Shown here: positions 51,325 through 62,784 of the stretch, one piece after another | How the letters are laid out: each line of letters opens with the position of its first letter | Numbering within the stretch: position 1 is the first letter of the stretch | Source of the DNA: Octopus vulgaris | Lineage: Eukaryota | NCBI GenBank assembly: GCA_951406725.2 | Contig: OX597816.1 | Coordinates: forward strand, 178,498,001-178,562,000 | DNA length: 64,000 nucleotides | Direction: 5' to 3' | Notes under the pieces: generated by a model | Told to the model about the DNA's origin: nothing | The model's input: the letters and a program-made list of their open reading frames with translations, nothing else | The model's database searches: none | Position numbers and translations under genes: made by a program

Positions 51325-51710
51325 ATCACTTGACTGCGGCCATGTTGGAGCACTGCCTTTTAGTCAAACTGACCCCAGGACTTATTCTTTGTAAGCCTAG
51401 TACTTACCGCTAAGTTACAGGGATGTAAATATACCAACATTGGTTGTCAAGTGATGGTGGTGAGGGTATTAACACAGACACACAAATACATACATACACA
51501 TATATATATATAGATATGTATGTGGATGTATGTATTTGTGTGTCTGTGTTAATATATACAATGGACTTCTTTCAGCTTCCGTCTACCAAATGCGCTCACA
51601 AGGCTTGGTCGGCCCAAGGCTATAGAAGACGCCTGGCCAGGGTGCCACACAGTAGGACTGAACCCAGAACCATGTGGTTAGGAAGCAAGCTTCTTACAAC
51701 ACAGTCACTC
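51325..51710 (-). mobile_element. Diverged SINE family A
   Basis: Recognisable head, tail and internal microsatellite. Confidence 0.75.
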
Positions 51711-52019
51711 ATATATGTTTATATATGACTCTTTTTAAATATTTAAATACATGTGTTTGAGTAATTCTAACTTCAAATCTACCTAACTGCACCATATGTT
51801 TTGATGTATTCAACTATGTGTATTTTATTATTTTCTGTAATAAAGAAGCACTTCATTACAGTACCTATTTCTTTATTACCCACAAGGGGCTAAACACAGA
51901 GGGGACAAACAAGGACAGACATAGGTATTAAGTCGATTACATCGACCCCAGTGCGTAACTGGTACTTCATTTATCGACCCCGAAAGGATGAAAGGCAAAG
52001 TCGACCTCGGAGGCAGTAC

Positions 52020-53520
52020 CCCCATGGGGTACCTTTACTGCCTGATTTGCATCTAAACCCACACTATGCACACACTAAATGCAGAAATACCTTCGGCTCC
52101 TTCAAGCAAAGGCTACTGGTCCTGACTATACCTTTCCTTTACTCTTAGATATAGTACCCAAGAATTGTTCAAACTCTTTAATTTCTTATTCACTATGCTT
52201 TAAAGAAGTCCAAAGAATGCAATGTTACTGCACTAGACAACAGCAAAGCCTTTGACTCAGTTCGGCATGCAAATCTCCAATCAAAATTTCCTGCCAACAG
52301 ACTATACCAATCTCTCATCTCCTGGTGGCTTCCAATCAAATTCCAGTATTGTAGCATATGTTAACAATGCTCTTTCTGTCCCGTTGTCAATCAATACTGT
52401 TGCTTCTCATAGTCTAGTTTTGTCTTCCACTCTCTTCCAATATATTGAAGACATGACCCTTCATTCTTCCCTAACCAGGCATCATCCACATGCAACTTTC
52501 ATGCAACATGCCAAACATAAACTGATTTCATAAATGAAGATTTTGAGGAAATTCCCAGCAAGATCATGCCGAATATGATATTTTTAACCGTTTAGCATTC
52601 AGATTACTCTGTCATATGTAATGTTTATTTATCCACATTGTTTTGAATTTATCATACATTATCTTTAGCTTAGAGATTTGAGTGAATGTGTTTATTTTTA
52701 GAATGACATTGTAGGACAGGTGTGAGAGACCTGATCTCATCAGTTTGAACATAGAGCTGGTAGAATATTTGAGCCTGACATAGTTAGTTTGAATACTAAA
52801 GAGTTAATAGCAAAAAAAAACCAAAAAAAACCCCAAGAACTATTTCTAACAAGAAAACACCACTGCATCACCCCACCCCCCTCTAGACATGTGCTGCACT
52901 TAGCCATAACTCGCAGTTGCTCTATGGCTCTAAATGTTGAGCCTTACCATCACCGAAAATCTCTCCTGCTGAAAGTACATCTTTAGCATAGCTAGAATCA
53001 CAACCAGAAGACTAGCCTTTCTCTTCAGAGCTGGAAGATATTTCAGCCCCTAACAGCTGCTGACACTACATGGCTCAACTGAGGGTCTCACTGGAGTACT
53101 CTACACCCATATCTGTAATGGTGCTGATGCTATGCATGCATACACCCTGGGCTGCACTCAGACAAGGACTATGCAACTGACTGGCATACAATCACAGATG
53201 CACTCAGCTCTACTGCCTTCTCTCTTTATCTTTTCTACTGCAACTATAATGTCCTCTATTTCTCAGAGTTAGCTGGTCTCATACCACTAACTCACATGAC
53301 CCTCTACATCCCATCACCTTTGTTGTGCCAACCCATCTGGCCCTGCCTTAAATACTATACACCATCCATTCTTCCAGAACTGTGGCCCTTTGGAATTGTT
53401 TCCCTCTTCATGTTCTTCCTTCAGGTGTTGATCTGCACTAGTTTAAAAGGAACATTTATCAGATCAACCTCACTAGTTTTGGAAGGTCTACAAGAGTCAT
53501 GTACACTGCTTCTTCCTCCA
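52020..53520 (+). mobile_element. Highly decayed LINE RT remnant (Jockey/CR1 group), interrupted by a TTAA MITE (52584-52807)
   Basis: ALDNSKAFDSVRHANL resembles DISKAFDxVxH. MITE ends ttaaccgtttagcattcaga / tttgaatactaaagagttaa. Confidence 0.55.
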
Positions 53521-53634
53521 GACTTAGCAAGTACAAAAAAAAAAAAATCATGAAAAGGTTAGTGACCAAAACGATGCTCCCATCATAAGTATTTGTCCAA
53601 CCTATACCATCATGGAAAAAATGAATGTAAAACA

Positions 53635-54006
53635 AGGCTGTGTTATAAGAAGCTTGCTTCTCAACCACATGGTTCCGGGTTCAGTCTCACCGCATGGCAC
53701 CTTGGGCAAGTGTCTTCTACTATAGCTATGGGCCAACCAAAGCTTTGTGAGTGGATTTGGTAGATGGAAACTGAAAGAAAAACAGTCAGATGTATGTATG
53801 TCTTTGTGTGTGTTTGTTCCCTGTCACCACTTGACAATTGGTGTTGGTGTGCTTACATCTCCATAATTTAGCAGTTCAGCAAAAGTGACCAATAGAATAG
53901 ATAGTAGGCTTAAAAAAATAAGTCCTGGGGTCAATTTGTTTGACTAAAACCCTTCAAGGTGGTGCCCCAACATAGCCATAGTCAAATGACTGAAACAAGT
54001 AAAAGG
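53635..54006 (+). mobile_element. SINE family A (older subfamily)
   Basis: Head and tail match family A. Confidence 0.8.
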
Positions 54007-54381
54007 TAGGAGGTATATGAATATGCATACACATCTACAAGAATGTTGAGTGGATTTTATCTACATGTCCATGTAAGCAAACACTATTATATATAGATCT
54101 ATATATCTTCTATCTTTTACTTATTCCAGCCAATGGACCATGGCCACCCAAGAGAACTGCCTTGATGGGTTTACGTTATGGGGACATAAACAAACACACA
54201 CACACACACACACAGATACACACACAATAGGTTTCTTTCAGTTATTGTTTACAAAATCCACTGAGAAGGCTTTAGTCAGCCTGCGGATATAGTAGAAGAC
54301 ACAAACTTCAAACTTCTTACTACACAGCCATGCGTTTGTATTTTTTATACATTCTATTTACACATAAATAATGTTTGTGTG

Positions 54382-54415
<34 letters not shown>

Positions 54416-55446
54416 AACACACACACATATATTTATTAATCATTAATAAATTAATTATGCATTAAACAGGATTCATTCTCCACTATAACTGTTCAAGGAA
54501 TATTTTTTTGCAACATATTGAAGCTATCACTGTATTGTGACAGTTATAAACAAATGTGTTTTTTTCCTCTCTATTCATGGCCAGAAACAATGGATCTGGC
54601 AGATTTCAAATTTCTTTCAATTCTCATGAGTAACAGAATATCATTTAATCTATCACAGTGAGAAATATATCTCATAGCTATACATTTAGTCACAAAATGA
54701 AGTGACTTCAATGTCAAGTTTGATTTGAATAAATAGCAACTTAAAGAAATTGTTGGTAGTTCATTTAAATTAATTAATTATACAGCAAACAGAGTATAAT
54801 TTCTGCTTTTATCTGTAATGAGATTCAAGGTAAACTTTTTCACACTGGAATCATCGCTGTATTGTAAACAAATACTGTGTTCTTATTCTTGATGAAGGAT
54901 GTAGGACTCTTTAAATGGTAGTGTCAGAATCATCACAATTCTAAAACATAATTGTTGTATTTAGGAGCCATAAATCTCCTTCATGTTTATTGTCTGTCTC
55001 TGCATAGTTCTACCATATACAACTCATGTCCTTATTTAATTTATGACCTTCAACAATCAACAATATTAATATTCAACTGTGAGGAAAACAGAAACAAAAT
55101 ATCTGAGCTGCTTTTAAGGACTGGTACTTGGCTCTAGTTTCATAGGATAGAACAAACAAAAGATAGATCTCCATCCTGAATAAGATACCAGTAGGCTGCA
55201 GGCAACATAAGTCAGATGAGTCGGTACTTATTTCTGGCAAGTAGGTTAACTGGGGCAATATAGAATAACAAGTTGTATATACTAAGAAATATGACTGCAG
55301 CAGATTTGTTCACAACCTATGGGTTGATAGTTCAACATCTCAATTTGAGCCATCTTGCTTCTACTAATAGCTCATAAATTTGAGCTCACCTCCACAGCAG
55401 GTGCTCCATTATGTATTTAAGCACTTCCTTTAAATATACACATACC

Positions 55447-55678
55447 TATTTTTTTACTACCCACGAGGGGCTAAACACAGAGAGGACAAACAAGGGCAGA
55501 CAAATGGATTAAGACGATTATATCGACCCCAGTGCGTAACTGGTACTTATTTAATCGACCCCGAAAGGATGAAAGGCAAAGTCAACCTCGGTGGAATTTG
55601 AACTCAGAACGTAATGGCAGACGAAATACGGCTATGCAATTCGCCCGGCGTGTTAACGTTTCTGCCAGCTCGCCGCCT
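55447..55678 (-). mobile_element. SINE family B with 14-bp target-site duplication
   Basis: AATATACACATACC at 55433-55446 and again at 55682-55695. Confidence 0.88.
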
Positions 55679-55680
55679 TA

Positions 55681-55759
55681 TAATATACACATACCAGTTA
55701 TCTTTTATAATATACACATACCAGTTATCTTTTATAATATACACATACCAGTTATCTTT
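55681..55759 (+). repeat. 3 x 27-bp tandem repeat
   Basis: TAATATACACATACCAGTTATCTTTTA at 55681, 55708 and 55735 (third copy truncated). Confidence 0.92.
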
Positions 55760-56098
55760 CTATCAGAAATAGGTAACAGATTATCAATGAATGTTACCAA
55801 CAAAAGACTAGCATCCAGTTCAGGGGGAGTTTATCTCTCATTCACTTAAAAATGACAAAATCAAAGCCAAGTCCTAAACTTAGAGCTTAACTAGCATCCT
55901 ACATTCTCTCTCTCCTAAAATTTCACAAGTGGAGCATCATATAATAAATATTTACATTGACAAAAGGTTACAAATTTGCAAGGCAGGAGTATACTTGATT
56001 GAATAGTGGTCATCTTATCAACCAGAGAGGTATGACAAACTTAATCTTAGAAGCATTTTAACTCAAAGCTGTGAAATCAAGTGAAAGCAATTCCGTTG

Positions 56099-56461
56099 AA
56101 GAAGCTTGCTTCCCAACAACATAGTTCCGGGTTCAGTCCCACTGCATGGCACTTTGGATAGGTGTCTTCTACTATAGCCTCGGGCCAACCAAAGCCTTGT
56201 GAGTGGATTTGGTTGACAGAAACTGAAAGAAGCCTGCTGTGTATATGTGTGAGTGTATTTGTGTGTCTGTGTTTGTCTCCCCACCATTGCTTGATGACCA
56301 ATGATGGTGTGTTTATGTCCCCCATAACTTAGCAGTTCGGCAAAAGAAACCGATAGAATGAGTACTAGGCTACAAAGAATAAGTGCAGGGGTTGATTTGT
56401 TTGACTAAAAGGCAGTGCTCCAGCATGGCAAAAACCAAATGACTGAAACAAGTAAAAGAGT
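56099..56461 (+). mobile_element. SINE family A
   Basis: 5'-clipped copy. Confidence 0.82.
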
Positions 56462-58458
56462 AACTGAAAAAACATGACATCAATAATGCATTTAAACGAT
56501 GAATCCCCAAGTAAAACCGCCTGCATTGTAGGTTTCACCTCTCCTAATCACTTGGGTTAGAAGCTTCCAATTACACATGTACTGACAGGGCTTTCTCTTA
56601 TTCGCATTTTATCAGCTCCAGTATACCACAAGGTTGGTTTATGTTTCTCACTCTACCTTTCTTCAGTATATGAGGGACTTACTTGCTAATAAGATTAAAT
56701 ACTTTTTATTTCTATGTGGATGATACGATTCCTCCTTAACCTGCTGCACTTAGGTCTAATCCACATGAAATCTAGACAGTGCTTATCAAAACTGCACTAC
56801 CTCAAAGAACTGAGACATCAAAAACATCTAACAGGGATTATAATCAAGTTTCTTTCAACACTACAAAGGTACGGTTACTGATCATACCAAACAGTATGGA
56901 TCTTGTACCTCAAAAAACCTTTGAAGTGTCTACAAAGCTAGAACACCAGACAAAGACTAAGTCGCACCCCCAAAATAGCTTTTGTCATTAAAGCAAAAAA
57001 CACTTCAGTAATGCTCAGTTGCTAACCCCACAAACCTCAAGTAAGTGAGAGGATATCTGGGTTGCTACGGCTGCTACACACGAACAACTGAGACAGTATC
57101 CAAAAGAAGGCCAACAGACGGATTGGTAATGACTCACTCGATCATCACACTACATTTTCCGACCAAAAAGATGCACTCTCTTCTCTCTGTCTCTTCCATC
57201 ACTACTGCAATGGTTTTCATTCCTTTCAATAAGCTAGCAACAAAACGTTTCCACCCAGGCCCGTTTATCTATCTTCGTCTCATCCCCTCCACCGAGTTTT
57301 ACCCATCTAGCTTCATCTTGTCACCTCTAATGTATCTCACCTCAGCACTCACCCACAATACTAAATCCTTCTTTCTCGGGGCGTCAATCCTATGATATTC
57401 CCTCCTTGTAAACGTTTCGCCAGCATAAATCAACTTACTGATGTTTAATCTGATTATATAAATTGTATCGATCAGATTAAGTCATGCGCAGGGTATGGGT
57501 ATTACTCCTTTTTTCCTGATTAAACCATAAAAAATCTGAATGTAACGGAATGGACTAAAATAATGTCAAACATTTATTTCGCTTCTCCACACTCACCATG
57601 TTAATAATGTATTCAAAGAGTTGTATAAAAGTGCATCATTATATTTTGTTTTGTTTTTGTAATAACAACAAAAACACAGAATGATGAAAAACTTTAAAAA
57701 ACCAACCCAAGACTATTTGATGAGAGCGACGACTTTGTACTACTAGAAAGACATTGACTTTCGAGAAGGCAAAATGCATGTCTCTTGAGCTTCGAAGAGC
57801 TTTGAAAAGTGGAGAAAAGTGAGTTCGGTTTGATGGCGGGAAGCGAATGAAAGATAATTCTCACACCTGATCGGACACCAGTCCATCCCAGGTGACATCC
57901 TCAGATGATATTCCAACTAAACAGCTCGATAAACAGTCAGTTTAAATAAAAGAATCCCTTGGCTGGAAACGCTAAGAAACGTTTGCAGTGGATTTAAACA
58001 AACAAATTAAGGATTTGGCCTTAATCACTTCGCTTTTCAAACGGCTTTATTCATTTTGTCAACAGACTTCAATCGACGTTTCCTTTGTAATCTGAGGGCA
58101 ATCATCAGAGCAGTAAATATAAAGTTAGGGTTATTTATAAACGGGATCATCGAAACTAGATGCTCATAAAATGTATCCAAGTTAATTATGGTTTAGTTGC
58201 TTTGTTTGTTGTATGAACTTTCATGGCAAATCCCCCGATAATGAAGATACACACGAAGTATGGAGTGTTCCAACATCTGTGATCGGGCAGACGTGTGTGT
58301 GTGTGTAGCTATCATCATCATACTCATGTGTCTGAAGCCTCAACAACTAAAACATGCACAAACCTAGCGAAAACTGTTCCATCATGAAACTAAAAGTAGT
58401 CACAGAATAAATGAATAAATATATATATACTATTCTAATTTAATTTGCCCGTACATCT

Positions 58459-58516
<58 letters not shown>

Positions 58517-59209
58517 CATATATATATATTTCTGGTCACAAAGATAAATATATATGTAAGGGACCCTTCTGCTGAAGACTAAAAACAGAATCTTAAATAC
58601 AGAAAATAAGGTGAAAGGAATTCCTCCCTAATCTAAGTAAAAATGTTTAAAGAGTGGCGAAAAACATCCCATGTATGTAAAATAAGGAAACAGCCACAAA
58701 TAAAGGAACATGTCAAAATGACCCCTACACACAGGAATGACAGACAATAGGGGATAAAATAATTAAATGCAATGAATACAGATGAGATTGTGTTTTAAAT
58801 AGGCTTAAATTAGAAGATCTTGACCCGGTGAACTAGAAAAATAATAATGAGGGCGGGTGAATGTTCAAATGGATTTTCTTACACGGGAAACTATTTAACC
58901 CAGATGCTATTATATATATATATGTTATTTTTAATTAAATCTGCTCTTAGAAATAATTAGAAAGGTAATTCTAATCCCATTTTGATGGAAATTGAGAGTT
59001 GGGACCAAACAGTGATCACAATCCGCTTGATGGATGAGTCTCATTAATATGCAGATTATCTCATACCTTTTAGTTTAGATTGCATTTCAAGTGGACTTCT
59101 TCTAAAATGTCCTCATTCTCACAAAACTGACATCGATTTCTCTTTCCAAATTGGAATATCATCATCATCATCATCATTAATAACGATATTAATTAAAGCA
59201 AATACTTAC

Positions 59210-59633
59210 CATTCTTCCAGGGGTTGTAAGGTTCTAAAAATCCTATTACAAGGCTTTGATCATCTGGAAAGGTAACACTGCGTTTTCCATTTCGATACTC
59301 CGAATTGCGGACCGATTTCTTGCAAGAACTTCTGATATCTGGGTTGTTGTTTTGATGGATCTCATCGATGTTGTTGTTGTTCAATATTGTATTGTTGTTG
59401 TTTGGTGGGATGGAAGTGTTGTCCGTCGCATCGCTCGGCTCATCGGGCCTCACTTGCAACACTTCCTTAATATTTGTTAATTCCGAATCGTTCTGTTGTT
59501 GTAAAGAATCGTTAATCATCATCGTGGTGGTGGTCGTCGTTAAATTGCTCTTCTCCGAAGTCTCTGCTTCGATTACAGAAACTGTAGTCAAAGTAGAATC
59601 TGCATTTGCTGTCGAGATCGATTCTTCTTCCAT
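59210..59633 (-). CDS. PPP1R37: PPP1R37-like coding exon 1 (start codon; low-complexity N-terminus; RVxF PP1-docking motif KRSVTF)
   Basis: ATG at 59633. Ends ...KRSVTFPDDQSLVIGFLEPYNPWKN, resembling the PPP1R37 KRVTFP...EPKDPW motif as I recall it. Donor G|gtaagt at 59209; 424 nt, phase 1. Confidence 0.88.
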
Positions 59634-60352
59634 GTCCTGAGTTAATATCTCCTATATGTAAACATATACACTCAGAGCAAACCAAGAGAGAACATAGCGA
59701 AAACAAACAACACACCTCGCTGCGCTGAATGTTAAGTGGGAGGTGCAGAATCTCTTTTACACCTGTTTGACGAGGCTGAAAGCTTCTTTCAGTTCATTAT
59801 AGGTGAAAATCCGATCCGCATTTAGGCTTTAATTTACAAATTTTAATGTAATTTCTTGTCTTATTTCCTTTGCTATCGTTATAGTTAGGATATATAATCC
59901 TGGAGAGATTTTCTTGTCTATTTACCAACACCTAAATCTAGCGAATATCGCGAAGTGAAATTGTGAGTGAGGCTTCTCAGAGAATTCAATAACAGGAAGT
60001 GGATCTGGGACACTCGCTTAATTGCACGCTTCTAATTAGTCCCTGTCGAAATAGTATTAAGAAAAAATAAATTAAAACGTTCCCTCGTTAAATTCTGATC
60101 TGGAAAATTAGAAATATTTCCAATCAATTAATCCAGATTCTTAACATTTCCTCATCATCGGATTTAATTATTGATTTAAAAAAAAAATATATGCTTAAAT
60201 GCCAATAATTTTTCTTTCGAAATCTCTAAGGCTTACTATAATGTTCAGTAGTTTAAACTAAAATAATATATTTGAAATATATAAAGACATATTGCTGATT
60301 TAAATTCCCTCAATTTAGTCCGAATCTACTCCGAGTAAACTCTTTTATGACA

Positions 60353-60410
60353 TCAGGTGTCCGCCATGGCCACCTCACTGCGCCTGCGCGCCTCGGCCAG
60401 GAAGACGACA
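60353..60410 (-). promoter_or_regulatory. Probable PPP1R37 promoter/TSS region (NRF1-like and YY1-like motifs)
   Basis: Isolated GC/CpG-rich patch ~0.7 kb upstream of the ATG. Contains TGCGCCTGCGCG (60379-60390, NRF1-like) and CCGCCAT (60361-60367, YY1 core, read as ATGGCGG in gene sense). An ETS-like CAGGAAGT lies near 59993. Confidence 0.55.
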
Positions 60411-60961
60411 TTATCAGTAATTGTTACCGCAATTATGCTCAGAAAAAGCAATAATATACATATATGTAGATATTCATACTGTTGCTTGGCCCAGATTAGC
60501 CCTTATCTTTTATTTCGAAACAATCTATGCTAGACAACATTATTCATTGTACCTTGTTTTTTAAGTCAGGAGGCGGAGATTTGGCTGCTATTTCTAATAG
60601 GCCGAGTGGTCACGTAGAAGCTCCCTCGTTTGGTCGCCACTTAACTATATATTTGGTATTGGAGAGCTTTCGGGAGACACACACTTGTGTGTGTATAATA
60701 CTACTCGGGGATACTTCTCAATGAGAGAGAACTCTACTACAAACGTCGAGTGCGTATTTTAATTGAGAAATTGAAAGTAGAATTCCTTACACTGACAAAC
60801 GTTTCACTCACGTTCATGAATACAAACAATCGAGAAGAGCTCTCAAGTATATACTTATTAACGTTTATTTATTAGAAACAGCCAGTGATTCATAGAATTT
60901 TATATGTTTATATGCAGGATATATACCCATGATTCTTCGGGCTATATTGTATATAAAGGTG

Positions 60962-61366
60962 AGCGGCGAGCTGGCAGACACGTTAGCGCGCCGGGCGAAA
61001 TGCTTAGCGGTATTTCGTCTGTCGTTACGTTCTGAGTTCAAATTCCGCCGAGGTCGACTTTGCCTTTCATCCTTTCGGGGTCGATAAATTAAGTACCAGT
61101 TACGCACTGGGGTCGATGTAATCAACTTAATACCTATGTCTGTCCTTATTTGTCCCCTCTATGTTTAACCCCTTGTGGGTAATAAAGAAATAGGTATTTC
61201 GTCTGTCGTTACGTTCTGAGTTCAAATTCCGCCGAGGTCGACTTTGCCTTTCATCCTTTCGGGGTCGATAAATAAAGTACCAGTTTCGCACTGGGGTCGA
61301 TATAATCGACTTAATCCCTTCGTCTGTCCCGTCTATGTTTAGCCCCTTGTGGGCAGTAAAGAAACA
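60962..61366 (+). mobile_element. Dimeric SINE family B with 19-bp TSD
   Basis: Full unit 60963-61192 plus a 5'-truncated second unit 61193-61365. TATATTGTATATAAAGGTG at 60943-60961 and 61367-61385. Confidence 0.9.
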
Positions 61367-61734
61367 TATATTGTATATAAAGGTGTGAAAGGTGGCAGGT
61401 GTGTAACCTGGAAGGTTTAAAGAGAATCATGTGACCAGGTTTGTTGCGTGTCGCAGAACTGCTGCTGCTGCTGTGTTGGCGAGGGAGGTAATTCAGCAGA
61501 AGTTAGTCGCCGTCAGGGGGAATTACTCCGCGAAGTTGGCTAGAACTGGTCGAAGTCGATTTTCAGGTATTGGGGTATTCGGGTGTGTGACACTATTTCA
61601 AATGGATCCTCCACTAGTGTAACTGTTGGACAATGGTTCTGATCTCTGTTTAATAGCTGTCACGTACTGCTTCATGATCTAGAACCAATTAGGCAAATTC
61701 CTCAGTTCATGACCCATCAAAGTATAGTGTATTA

Positions 61735-62055
61735 CCATTTTGACATTGTGGTCTTTTATACTTCTATATCTAAGTCCTTTTTTCTGAAGGCATTGGATTT
61801 CCAAAGCGAATTCACTACAATTACTAAACTAGATGTCAGAATCATAATGATCCCTAAAAAATCATTGTTGTACCATGATGATTCCCACCATATTAAAAAG
61901 AAAAGTGCTCTTTTGTTTAACGCCTCCTTTGGCACTTGGATAAGAGTTGAAGTGGCGGATTTTGTGAGACTGCTTATGCTTGACACTCACTGAAAATGCA
62001 TCTCTTCCGATAGCTCTCGCTTCTACTAAACTGATGGTTTAGCAATGTTATATAA
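61735..62055 (+). mobile_element. Decayed Penelope-like element reverse transcriptase fragment
   Basis: FDIVVFYTSISKSFFLKALDF...KKSLLY...KK...LFNASFGTWIRVEVADFVRL, followed by a DGLA remnant. This resembles the PLE RT pattern FDIxxFYPSI..FDVTMGSxDGAEVCELVG..YRDDGL. Confidence 0.65.
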
Positions 62056-62624
62056 TATGAATAGCCATACCGTGGAGAGATTTATGCTGTTTAGTTAAAA
62101 GATGACTATCAGCACTCAATAAAAGCCAATTTCTTAGACGTTAAGAAAAGCAAACACTGAAGTTACATAAAGGTGAATGGGGAGAACCATTTAATATCCA
62201 TAGATATAAATAGTAGCGCAAACCATAAATATAAATCTTTGGTATGAATAAATAGGAGAGTCTTTGATCTATCCTAAGGGATATCCAAGAATTTCTTAAC
62301 TCTAATAAAGATTTTATTTCCTAACCATGCAAAATAACACGAGCAGTGTTAAGGTAAATAAATACAGCTGCAAACACTCCCTCCACACACCTAGCCATCA
62401 CATCATCAGTTAACTTTTAACTGTTGAAATCAATTTCCTCCCAAAATGAGTCATATACTAAGCATGCATGACACCTTTGGTCATGCGTGAAAGGAACAAT
62501 AAGGGTGGAACTACGAACATGTTTAAAAGCTGCTTCCCTCAATATTTTCACTCATTCAGCTTAAAGAACAAAGAAATTCTATGGAGAATTGCAATTTCAA
62601 GTGTTAAGTTTGTATGTCTGAGGT

Positions 62625-62780
62625 ATGGCTGTGTGATAAGAAGCTTGCTTCCCCCACATGGTTCTGGGCTCAGTCCTTCTGTGTGACACCCTGGGCAAGT
62701 GTCTTCTACTATAGCCTCGGGCTGACCAAAGCTTTGTGAGTGGATTTGGTAGATAGAAACTGAAAGAAGCCTGTTGTGTG
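62625..62780 (+). mobile_element. SINE family A 5' half
   Basis: Head runs through GAAACTGAAAGAAGCC, then joins RTE sequence. Confidence 0.8.
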
Positions 62781-62784
62781 TATC

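Noticed and set aside
56580-57460. 116-aa and 70-aa plus-strand ORFs
   Set aside because: They are probably a decayed LINE RT 3' half (YVDDT remnant near 56714), too degraded to classify.
58070-58112. Minus-strand CTGATGA...GAAACGTC hammerhead-like string
   Set aside because: Stems I and II do not pair convincingly, so a chance match is likely.
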